This document shows, piece by piece, positions 18,145-26,229 of a DNA stretch of 64,000 bases. Made by a program: the position numbers and the translations under genes. Numbering within the stretch: the first letter of the stretch is position 1; each line of letters starts with the position of its first letter. The stretch is from a virus. The stretch spans positions 1-64,000 of IMG/VR virus record IMGVR_UViG_3300003690_000002; one strand, 5' to 3'. The notes under the pieces were generated by a model. The model saw only the letters and a program-made list of their open reading frames with translations, was not told the DNA's origin and did no database searches.

Positions 18145-18274
18145 GGTATTTTTGGGCTCTCCTTTGAACTATCTTGAGCGCGGGCGTTACCCGCTCGAAT
18201 CTAGAACCTTTGCAACAGTTGCGAACTGGCTGTAGTGTCCATTTCTCAGTCCACATATTATTAATATGTATCAT
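18137..18274 (-). CDS. Possible 45-aa Cys-Cys peptide overlapping both neighbours
   Basis: MIHINNMWTEKWTLQPVRNCCKGSRFERVTPALKIVQRRAQKYHV*; GGAGGA lies upstream; its stop overlaps the protease start. Confidence 0.35.
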   Translation of the reverse strand: MIHINNMWTEKWTLQPVRNCCKGSRFERVTPALKIVQRRAQKYHV

Positions 18275-18569
18275 TGTGTCTAAATCCTCCATCTCCGATT
18301 AAAGCGTTTAAAATATAAGAAGTTCCCGAGCTTAAACAACTTAAAATTAAAAAATTAGCTAAATTATACTCAAATGTAAATAGTTCTGTATATTCGTTTA
18401 TTCCAAATAAAAAAGCACCTGACCAAAACCCCATGCATAATGCACAGTGAAAGAGCTGTCCAAAGCCTTTTAGCCAATATGGAGGTGGACGTATTTTATT
18501 AAAAATTGAACCGTAAACTAAAATTTGTGTAAGCCCATGTGCACACAAAATAAAATATATTAAACTCAC
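18261..18569 (-). CDS. Small membrane protein with CxxC (DUF1360-like)
   Basis: Hydrophobic segments flanking LFHCALCMGFW; GTG start. Confidence 0.55.
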   Translation of the reverse strand: MSLIYFILCAHGLTQILVYGSIFNKIRPPPYWLKGFGQLFHCALCMGFWSGAFLFGINEYTELFTFEYNLANFLILSCLSSGTSYILNALIGDGGFRHNDTY

Positions 18570-18578
18570 AAACCCTCT

Positions 18579-19145
18579 CTATGCTCGATACATTCCCGTC
18601 AGTCCGTAGGCAGCAGTACTTCCTGGCCATCTATGATGAACACCTTTTCTTCGCTCATGCGGTATTTCACCAAGTTCTGTTGATTCGTCCTCGTTTGGTT
18701 CAAGTAGTTGTTTTTCCAAAGCCTCTTCATAGTCTTTTTCACGCATAAAATATGGTCTTTCCTCTTCAATAAACTTTCCGATTGAAAATACAGCAATTTG
18801 AATTGGATTTGATATATTGCTTTCTGGTATTGTTGCCTCTAAGGTCGCATATGTGTTTCCACCTCGAACGCTATCATATGCAACAACGCCCTTTTTTATT
18901 AAAAAATCAAAAAGGCGGCTCTGGGTGGCATATATATGATCGCCGCTTTCATCTTTAGAAAAAGCCACAATCTTGCTCTTTTCCGGCATCACTACAATAT
19001 TAATTTCTGGATGGTCAAAAATGATATAATTCCCATCAATCGTTCTTCGGATTTGTAGATAACTTTTTGCTTGCGATTTTTGTTTTGGATCTATCGGGTG
19101 CGCTTCGTCTGGTTGTCTTGCACCGACTGTAATTTTAATCGCCAT
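18579..19145 (-). CDS. Hypothetical protein
   Basis: 188-aa ORF coupled to the upstream gene by a TAATG overlap. Confidence 0.7.
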   Translation of the reverse strand: MAIKITVGARQPDEAHPIDPKQKSQAKSYLQIRRTIDGNYIIFDHPEINIVVMPEKSKIVAFSKDESGDHIYATQSRLFDFLIKKGVVAYDSVRGGNTYATLEATIPESNISNPIQIAVFSIGKFIEEERPYFMREKDYEEALEKQLLEPNEDESTELGEIPHERRKGVHHRWPGSTAAYGLTGMYRA

Positions 19146-19969
19146 TAGCTTCGTATCTCTCTAGCTAGATTTTGAATTTTTAATATGCTAGTTAATGTAT
19201 TTTGATTAATATCTTCTAATTTAAAATTTTCAATCAAGTTTAATACTTTTTTTGTTTTATTTGTCATTTCGGTATCATCTTTAATTTCGCTTATCCGTAG
19301 AGATTCTTTTATAATATCGCGAAGCCTTCCGATTTCCTCATTGAGAAAAATTTTCAAGTCGATGCCGCCGTCGCTGAATGATAAAACATAATTATTCAAT
19401 AAGTTTTTTTGCTCTTCAAAGAGAGTGCCGCTATATTGTTCATTAAACTTATTAATAAAAGTTTTATAAATCAAGTTGTTAATTGGTACAGAGTTTTTCT
19501 TATCCTCGCTATCTTCTTTAGATATTAATCTCTCAAATATCGTCTCTTCTAGAAGAACACGAGATTTAATTGAAGTCTCTTGATTGAATATTTGGGAAAT
19601 GGTTGCCAAATTTTTAAAGTTTGGAACAAAATTTGAAAAAGCATTTTTAGATAATGCTTTATTAATTTTAGAAATTAATCTGCTTTGTTCATTAAATATT
19701 TTCTTTCTATCAAGATTCTGATGTTCATATTTAATTTCCTGAATCATTTTCTCTGCAGTGTGGGGCGCTAACTCGTGCGTCTCGTTCAGAACGCGGAAAA
19801 GCTCTAACTCTTTATATAAAAAACTTTTTTTGTGGAAGTATTCTTTTATTAAAAAAGTTATGTGTTGTGCTTTTTTATCTTGCTTGTGCATTACGCCTTT
19901 AGCCAATTCTTTAATTAATATTTCAAATAAAAAAGCAGTATTCCTTTTTTTATTATGTTTCAGTGCCAT
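19145..19969 (-). CDS. Hypothetical head-module protein
   Basis: 274 aa, starts MALKHNKKRNTAFLFE; overlaps the portal end; several L/I-x-E motifs. Confidence 0.7.
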   Translation of the reverse strand: MALKHNKKRNTAFLFEILIKELAKGVMHKQDKKAQHITFLIKEYFHKKSFLYKELELFRVLNETHELAPHTAEKMIQEIKYEHQNLDRKKIFNEQSRLISKINKALSKNAFSNFVPNFKNLATISQIFNQETSIKSRVLLEETIFERLISKEDSEDKKNSVPINNLIYKTFINKFNEQYSGTLFEEQKNLLNNYVLSFSDGGIDLKIFLNEEIGRLRDIIKESLRISEIKDDTEMTNKTKKVLNLIENFKLEDINQNTLTSILKIQNLAREIRS

Positions 19970-21875
19970 CCTTTTTCAACTCCATTATTGATATTAAATC
20001 TTTAATTTCTCGGCTTACTTCTAAACATTGTTTTTCTTCTTGTTTATAATTAGTATCTATACTTTCAGAAATTCCTTTTCCAAGCCCTAGTATTTCCAAT
20101 GCGCCAGGGTATATTTGTCTTTTTGGAAGTTTGCCAGTCTCTGTTGAGCCTTTTGCTAAAAAATGTCGTTTTCTTGCGCCCATATCTCTTTTATCGTTTT
20201 TTGTTCGCTTATATAATTTCCCTTTTGATCCAGGTGTCAAATAAGGGTCGTCTCTTTTTCCCGGAGCTGCTAAAAGCGCGGATTCATCCTCCTCACCTTC
20301 TTCAGCCTCTTCTTCGGGAACTTCTTCACCCTCTTCGCCGAATTCTCCTTCTGCGCCTAATTCACCAAGCTCTCCTTCTGCGCCCAGTTCACCACCTGGC
20401 ATTCCACCTGCAGCCTCGGCGGCGGCTTCTTCACCTAGAGCTTCCAGAGCAGCCTCTATACTTCTATCAGAAAAAATTTCTCTTTGGTTACGTAAAAATT
20501 CTTCTTCGGATAAGTCAAATAGTTTTTGAGAAACCCAACGTTTTGAAAAGAACCCTTCCGTAGCATTGCTAGCAATTTCAAATTTAGTTCTCCAATGTTC
20601 AAGTTCTTGTAATTCAGCAATTTTTGATGGATTATTAAGTCGCAACGAGAATGATACTAAATCATCACCTCTGAAGCCTAAAGTATAAAGATGTATAATA
20701 CCAATTTTTTCCAATTCAGAAATAACCGATCTTTGAAGTCGCTGTACTGTTCTTGCAAAACGAATATCTTTCTGTGCTAACGTTGCTTTATCTTCTTCAG
20801 ACCCTTCTGCTCGGGACAAATAAGAAGCTGGAATTTTCAATGCCGAAAATAATTTATCTCTTAAATATTTAACATCTTCGATATCTCCAGTATAGGTGCC
20901 CCCTGGTAAGCTTTCTATTTTAGTTTGTGCTTGTCCACGCACTGGAATAAAATAGTCCTCATCAATACTCATAGGATTATAACGAAGGTCCACTCTTCCT
21001 GTCTCTGTATCGACAATTTGATTTCTTTTCATCGATGTTATAACTTTTTGCATATATTGTTCCACATCTTGTGGTGCAATATTTCCGACGTCAACGTAAA
21101 ACACTCTTCTTTCTGGGGAACGAACAATTCGGTATGCCATCATAGCATCCTCAAGTAGCGTTAATTGTCTCCATATTCTTCTTGCTGGCTCCAACACAGA
21201 TGTACCGTAAGGAGCATATTTATCATTTCCTAAAATTCTAAAATGCCCAATTTGCCAATTCTCAAATGTGATACCGCCTGAATTCCACTGAAACTGTACG
21301 TAGTTCGGATTTGTTTTATCTTCTCCTTCTAGTCTTTCTATATCCCCCGAGGGCAGACCAATGACATTTTTAATTCCCATTCCTTCATCAATATCTAAAT
21401 ATAGAAAAAAATCTCCATATTTGCACATGGTGCGACACCATCCGAATAGATTAAAATCAACATTTAAAATATTTTTATATAAAGATTCTAAAATAGATTT
21501 AATTTCTTCATTGTGACAATCAATAGTTAACATCTGTCGATAGCCATTGGATGTTGTCATCTCATCTGCGTATATATCAAGACCAGAAGCTATTTCCGGA
21601 GTATATTCCATTTGATCAAAATCCATATACCTTTGTACACGATTTTGAGCCGCCATTATATTGGCTTGTAGATTATCAAAAGGGTTATATGAAAGTCTTT
21701 GAAAGCTTTGACCCGCTACATCTTTAAAGGATCTTGCATATTTATCTAATCGCCGTCTACGAAGTTGCCTCGTTGTTTGAGATCTGTAATTTATTATTGG
21801 TCCAGAAAATAGGCGAGTTAGCCTTTTGAACAAAGGCGCAGTTGGATTTTTTGGGTTTTTGGTGGTATCAGCCAT
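19953..21875 (-). CDS. gp20: Portal protein (T4 gp20-like)
   Basis: MEYTPEIASGLDIYADE, RIWRQLTLLEDAMMAYRIVRSPERRVFYVDVGN, EDYFIPVRG, DIEDVKYLRDKLFSALKIP, QKDIRFARTVQRLQ. Confidence 0.95.
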   Translation of the reverse strand: MADTTKNPKNPTAPLFKRLTRLFSGPIINYRSQTTRQLRRRRLDKYARSFKDVAGQSFQRLSYNPFDNLQANIMAAQNRVQRYMDFDQMEYTPEIASGLDIYADEMTTSNGYRQMLTIDCHNEEIKSILESLYKNILNVDFNLFGWCRTMCKYGDFFLYLDIDEGMGIKNVIGLPSGDIERLEGEDKTNPNYVQFQWNSGGITFENWQIGHFRILGNDKYAPYGTSVLEPARRIWRQLTLLEDAMMAYRIVRSPERRVFYVDVGNIAPQDVEQYMQKVITSMKRNQIVDTETGRVDLRYNPMSIDEDYFIPVRGQAQTKIESLPGGTYTGDIEDVKYLRDKLFSALKIPASYLSRAEGSEEDKATLAQKDIRFARTVQRLQRSVISELEKIGIIHLYTLGFRGDDLVSFSLRLNNPSKIAELQELEHWRTKFEIASNATEGFFSKRWVSQKLFDLSEEEFLRNQREIFSDRSIEAALEALGEEAAAEAAGGMPGGELGAEGELGELGAEGEFGEEGEEVPEEEAEEGEEDESALLAAPGKRDDPYLTPGSKGKLYKRTKNDKRDMGARKRHFLAKGSTETGKLPKRQIYPGALEILGLGKGISESIDTNYKQEEKQCLEVSREIKDLISIMELKKDGTET

Positions 21876-21878
21876 CGT

Positions 21879-23453
21879 TTATCCTTTTAGTAGCCATGCA
21901 AATTCTCTAACTTTGCTAATCTCATCATCAAACTGTGTTGATTTAGGTTTAATCATTCCAGGAATTGTTGTGTCTAGTGTTGAATTAGTTTTTATCATCG
22001 CGTCTAAACAAGCCTTCTTGTATTCAGCATCTCTTTGATTTTCAATCAATGCAGTGTCGCGAACCCAACAGCCAATTGCACAAGCAATAATCAAATCATC
22101 ATTATAGGCTCTCATTGATTCTGGACGACCGTTGTGCCAAACAAAAGTTTCTAGCTCGCTGCATAACCTTTGTGAATGTATAGTAAGTAGCTTATTTCTA
22201 ATGAATTCTTCAAATTTTGCGACAATTAAAGGTCTTGTTTTCAACGATGTTGTAAACCCTGCAATAGCATTTGACCTACTCTCAGCTTGAATCTGATCAA
22301 TATATTCGTGCGATGATTTAATTGAGTGATAAATGTTTGAATATTCTTTTTCTTTTAACTTTTCTAAAACTGAAAACCCGACTGTGTTATTTTCAACAAC
22401 AATCATACAACTTCCATACTCGTTTCCGGCATTATATATAATTTCTGAAAATATATCTGGTGTCACTTTTCCTTGATATTCGGCAATAATCTCCATTGTC
22501 TCTATTTTAAAAATGTGAAAGACTGAATAATCCTTACCATCTCCTCGGGCAACATCTGCAGATAATAAATAATTATTATCTGGCTGGAATTCTTCCCAAA
22601 TCCAAAAATTTCTATCGAAGGCGGTTTTATATTTTGGTTCTCTCGTATTTTTCTTTATTCTGTTTATATCATCAGAATGAATAACCGTTTCCCCAGAAGT
22701 ATTAAAATTACATTCAAGCTCTTGTGCAATCTGTCGGCGTGACATATTTTTTGTTTCATTTTCAAACCATTCTTGATCTCGTTCTGGGTGTACATCCCAC
22801 GCAAGATCTATTGGATAGAAATCATTTTTACTAGATACCGAATCAATATATGTTTGATGAAACCAATTACCTACACCATTTGGGGTTGAAAGCGCAATGC
22901 AGCGACCACCTGTTGAGAGGGTTGGGTATAGACCGGTCCATAACTCCCCCAAGCCTTCAACATGTGCCGCTTCATCCACAACTAATAAAGATAGTGCTTC
23001 TGAGCGCCCTGCATCTGCAGAAGTTGTAGAGGCTTTAATTTGAGATCCGTTGCTCAGTTCAAAAGATGTTCTATTGTCGATAGAAACTTCTGCAATTCTT
23101 AACCAGGGTGGCAAAGTTTTAATTATTGTTTTAACTTTCCTAACAAGATTTGTGGCGGTACTAAATTTAGTTGCCATAACAAGAACATTTTTATCGCGAT
23201 GAAAAAGCATTAGCCAAACAACATATGCTGCAGTGATAGTTGATATTCCCAGCTGTCTAGCTTTAAGGATGATTGTAAACCTATGATCATTGAACTTTTC
23301 TAACAATTCAGTTTGATAATCATATGTCTTAAAGGAGATTTGTCCTTTTAGCGGATGAGAAATTTTAGTATAATTGTTAATAAAATAATCTGGATCTTTG
23401 CCAGATTTAACGACTTCTTGAAGAATTTCTTTTTTGGTTAATTGATAGCTCAT
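21879..23453 (-). CDS. gp17: Terminase large subunit (T4 gp17-like)
   Basis: Walker A-like ILKARQLGIST, Walker B LLVVDEAAH, coupling motif LSTPNG, nuclease SADVARGDGKDYS and NDDLIIA. Confidence 0.95.
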   Translation of the reverse strand: MSYQLTKKEILQEVVKSGKDPDYFINNYTKISHPLKGQISFKTYDYQTELLEKFNDHRFTIILKARQLGISTITAAYVVWLMLFHRDKNVLVMATKFSTATNLVRKVKTIIKTLPPWLRIAEVSIDNRTSFELSNGSQIKASTTSADAGRSEALSLLVVDEAAHVEGLGELWTGLYPTLSTGGRCIALSTPNGVGNWFHQTYIDSVSSKNDFYPIDLAWDVHPERDQEWFENETKNMSRRQIAQELECNFNTSGETVIHSDDINRIKKNTREPKYKTAFDRNFWIWEEFQPDNNYLLSADVARGDGKDYSVFHIFKIETMEIIAEYQGKVTPDIFSEIIYNAGNEYGSCMIVVENNTVGFSVLEKLKEKEYSNIYHSIKSSHEYIDQIQAESRSNAIAGFTTSLKTRPLIVAKFEEFIRNKLLTIHSQRLCSELETFVWHNGRPESMRAYNDDLIIACAIGCWVRDTALIENQRDAEYKKACLDAMIKTNSTLDTTIPGMIKPKSTQFDDEISKVREFAWLLKG

Positions 23454-23462
23454 GCATAACTT

Positions 23463-24041
23463 CTAATCTGCTTTTCTTGTTACGTTTTGTGGTTTTTTTG
23501 CACCTGGATATGTGTCTTTGCCAAAGGCTAACCACTTTTTAATCGATTGATCTAATCTCTCTTCCGGAGTATCTGTCTTTTTGGGCTCTACCGAATCTAC
23601 ATTCTTCAAATTACCAATTTGATATATCTTTGAGGATTGTACCCAAGAGCGTACTTGAGATAAATTTTGTGCCACACTATCAGCATCAGCCAATGAGGTT
23701 AATTGTAAAGAGCTTCCAGTTATCTTTTTATATTCTTTTTTAAGAAAACTTGAGATATCAGCAAATTTTTGTTCAATTTCTGTTTTAAAATTTTTGTCGT
23801 GGAGATCTTTAATAGATGCCTCTGCATGATAGCTTATTTTTAATTTGTTACCATGAAAATTTACTGCAAACCCATCCATTACTCTTGAATCAACAATCGG
23901 GTCGCCCTTTTCTCTTTCTAAGCCAATGGTTCTTGCTTCCCCGTCATATGAATAACGTTCATATTGCGAACCATCGTAAGCATTTGCTGCAGCTTGAGAA
24001 ATTCCTTGAACTATATCATATACAGATTGTTCTTTCGCCAT
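23463..24041 (-). CDS. Hypothetical protein
   Basis: 192-aa ORF directly upstream of the terminase large subunit. Confidence 0.7.
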   Translation of the reverse strand: MAKEQSVYDIVQGISQAAANAYDGSQYERYSYDGEARTIGLEREKGDPIVDSRVMDGFAVNFHGNKLKISYHAEASIKDLHDKNFKTEIEQKFADISSFLKKEYKKITGSSLQLTSLADADSVAQNLSQVRSWVQSSKIYQIGNLKNVDSVEPKKTDTPEERLDQSIKKWLAFGKDTYPGAKKPQNVTRKAD

Positions 24042-24047
24042 CCAATC

Positions 24048-24431
24048 TTACTCCTTGTTTGGTCTCCACCCAGTTAACCAACGGTCTTCCCTGCCCTCAA
24101 CATATTGTATATAACACTTAAAACAACATTGAAATTTATTTACATAAACATCATCTTTTAAGTCAAAAGAATAAATATTGCAAATAGGGCATTTTCTTTT
24201 GCTCGTCTTATTAATTAGATTCTTAGATATAAAAAAACCATCTTTTTCTATTTTATCACACTGTTCTAAAATCTTTTGTTCTTTTTTATAAAGCTTTTTT
24301 ATTTGTTGTAAGTGTTTTTTTTCTTTTTCTTTTGTCCACAAAGACTTTGGATTGATAATCGACCCTTTGCCATATTTTTTAGATATAGCTTTTTCTATTT
24401 TAACGATCTTGTCCAAGTCAATCTTTTTCAT
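24048..24431 (-). CDS. Hypothetical basic protein with putative zinc finger
   Basis: Lys-rich; CPIC...CCFKC; C-terminal YVEGREDRWLTGWRP. Confidence 0.65.
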   Translation of the reverse strand: MKKIDLDKIVKIEKAISKKYGKGSIINPKSLWTKEKEKKHLQQIKKLYKKEQKILEQCDKIEKDGFFISKNLINKTSKRKCPICNIYSFDLKDDVYVNKFQCCFKCYIQYVEGREDRWLTGWRPNKE

Positions 24432-24898
24432 TTATTGGTCATTTCTGAAGTGACGAAAAACAGAGCGACTGTTAGGGCAATACCCGCAGCGATGCCGCCT
24501 GTCAACCACCACATCGAATAATTATTTGAATTTTCAAGAGCTATTTTGTTTAGTCTATCGATTTCACTGCTCTTGATATCAATAATTGCTGTATATTTTT
24601 TATCCATCGTGTCTAAGCTAACTTTTGTAGTATCTAAAAGTAATTGCATTCGAAGATGTTCTTTTTGAACTTCGAAATTAATTCTCATTATACACTCTTG
24701 CGAAGAGAAATCTTTATCAGCAAAAATCTTGGCTGCCGCTGACGTGTTTAAAAGCACGCCATTATAGGGAGCTTCCTCACCTTTCTGTATCCCAGTAACT
24801 TTTGGAACCTCATCTGGACTTGGAGTGGTAGGAGTATCAGCAAATAAATGGGCTGGAAAAGCCAACATTGCAATTAATACTGGTATTATTATTCTCAT
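24428..24898 (-). CDS. Exported coiled-coil protein with C-terminal TM helix
   Basis: Signal peptide MRIIIPVLIAMLAFPAHLFA, central coiled coil, C-terminal WWLTGGIAAGIALTVALFFV. Confidence 0.65.
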   Translation of the reverse strand: MRIIIPVLIAMLAFPAHLFADTPTTPSPDEVPKVTGIQKGEEAPYNGVLLNTSAAAKIFADKDFSSQECIMRINFEVQKEHLRMQLLLDTTKVSLDTMDKKYTAIIDIKSSEIDRLNKIALENSNNYSMWWLTGGIAAGIALTVALFFVTSEMTNK

Positions 24899-25305
24899 TC
24901 GTTCTCTGTATACTCAAGCTCAAACTTTTCGCCAAGCATTTTAGCCAAAGTATCAGGATCATTATAATATTTTTCAACGATTTCTTTAATAGATTTTTTC
25001 TTTTTTTCATCTAATTCTTTATTATTTTTAGCAAACTCTTTTTCAAGATTAGAAACTGTCTTATTATATTTTTCTAGAATCTCATTCCTTTTTTTAATTT
25101 CTTCTTCATGTGCTTGGTTGATTGCATCAATTTGTGCTTTATAACTAGCTTCTCGAATTTTTAGAATCTGTTCAGCAACATTTTTTCTTCGTAAAATAAA
25201 CCAGGTAAATAACGCAAAAAGTACAACTAGTGGCGCTTTCCAATTGTGTTTAGTCCAAGTCCAGATTTTTTTAGACACTTTTTTTATTGTTAGCCAAAAT
25301 AACAT
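24895..25305 (-). CDS. Membrane-anchored coiled-coil protein (i-spanin-like topology)
   Basis: N-terminal TM (PLVVLFALFTWFIL) followed by a long charged coiled coil. Confidence 0.6.
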   Translation of the reverse strand: MLFWLTIKKVSKKIWTWTKHNWKAPLVVLFALFTWFILRRKNVAEQILKIREASYKAQIDAINQAHEEEIKKRNEILEKYNKTVSNLEKEFAKNNKELDEKKKKSIKEIVEKYYNDPDTLAKMLGEKFELEYTENE

Positions 25306-25308
25306 TTT

Positions 25309-25782
25309 TTATTCTTTTAATTTTAAAACCCAATGAACTTTATTATCTTTTTGAATTTCATATTCCGCGACGACTCGGCGTCCACGTTTAGCCCAATACT
25401 CAATAACTTTGGGGGATATATCTGGATCTTCTCCTTTTTGAATCAAGGCTAGATATTTTATAGAGGCTTTTATTAACTTTATATCTTCAATTACGTTCTT
25501 ATCTTTGGTTTTATTTTTTTTAAGTTCATGTTTTTTTTCATCTCTATGCTTTTTTTCTAACCACACAATTGTACGAGCAAATTTTGCAATAATCTGTTTT
25601 TTAATAGCAATCTCTTGAGTTTGTACCAAATCATATAAAAATCCCTTAATTGAACTAATATGAAAGTCTACTAACTCTTTATCATTATAAAAAAGCTTTG
25701 CTTGCGCTGGCACAGAAAGGCAAAGGGTAATAAAAAAGCTGAATATGATATTTTTTAATAACGTCACTTGCCATGCTTCCAT
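25309..25782 (-). CDS. Hypothetical exported protein
   Basis: Signal-like IIFSFFITLCLSVPAQA; the GTG at 25767 overlapping the upstream TGA is an alternative start. Confidence 0.55.
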   Translation of the reverse strand: MEAWQVTLLKNIIFSFFITLCLSVPAQAKLFYNDKELVDFHISSIKGFLYDLVQTQEIAIKKQIIAKFARTIVWLEKKHRDEKKHELKKNKTKDKNVIEDIKLIKASIKYLALIQKGEDPDISPKVIEYWAKRGRRVVAEYEIQKDNKVHWVLKLKE

Positions 25783-25955
25783 CTTCCAGCGATATCTGCC
25801 AAGCCTTCAATACCTATATAGGCTAAAGATATCGCAACCCAATCCGAAGATTCAAGAGGAACGACATCAAAAAGCATAAAGCTGGTTGCAGTTAGCCAAA
25901 CTGTTAATTTTCTAGACATTAATTTTGTTATTAAAGAATCTATAAAAGGTCTCAT
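25764..25955 (-). CDS. Small two-TM protein (holin-like)
   Basis: Start reassigned to ATG 25955 (SD AGGAG): MRPFIDSLITKLMSRKLTVWLTATSFMLF...WVAISLAYIGIEGLADIA. Confidence 0.55.
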   Translation of the reverse strand: MRPFIDSLITKLMSRKLTVWLTATSFMLFDVVPLESSDWVAISLAYIGIEGLADIAGRWKHGK

Positions 25956-25959
25956 AGAT

Positions 25960-26187
25960 TTATCTCCTATTAAATATTGCCAACAAAACTCCAACAGCTA
26001 CAAGACCTACAAGCCCCTCACTGCCCAAACTTTTAGTAACAGCAACAACGTTTCCAACAACATCTACCGGAAAAAATGGCTGCCCGGTGCCAAAAAGTAC
26101 CTGTGCAACTATTGCCAAAGCAAGAATTGCAATCCCCGCCTCTGTTAATTGTTTCATAACTTCAACCGTTTTTCTTAACCATTCCAT
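25960..26187 (-). CDS. Small hydrophobic membrane protein
   Basis: 75 aa with 2-3 hydrophobic helices; strong SD AGGAGG. Confidence 0.7.
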   Translation of the reverse strand: MEWLRKTVEVMKQLTEAGIAILALAIVAQVLFGTGQPFFPVDVVGNVVAVTKSLGSEGLVGLVAVGVLLAIFNRR

Positions 26188-26208
26188 TTTATCTTGCCTC
26201 CTTGTTTA

Positions 26209-26216
26209 TAAATAGT
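26209..26216 (-). promoter_or_regulatory. Putative late promoter motif ACTATTTA
   Basis: 22 nt upstream of the first membrane-cluster gene. Confidence 0.5.
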
Positions 26217-26229
26217 TAAATAATATTTA

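Noticed and set aside
18176-18220. Selenocysteine recoding (hairpin downstream of Cys codons)
   Set aside because: The codons here are TGT/TGC, with no in-frame TGA, so a SECIS function cannot be supported from this sequence alone.
20345-20384. Short direct repeat in the portal tail as a contingency or slippage locus
   Set aside because: It is only two copies of a 13-nt unit, explained by the GELGAEG amino-acid repeat, and is in frame.
21879-23453. Intein or intron in terminase, primase, capsid or the Mre11-Rad50 fusion
   Set aside because: Motif spacing and lengths are ordinary, and no C...HN or LAGLIDADG/HNH signatures were seen.
26207-26214. Exact T4 late promoter TATAAATA on the plus strand
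   Set aside because: There is no plus-strand gene downstream. It is better explained as the reverse complement of the minus-strand ACTATTTA motif.
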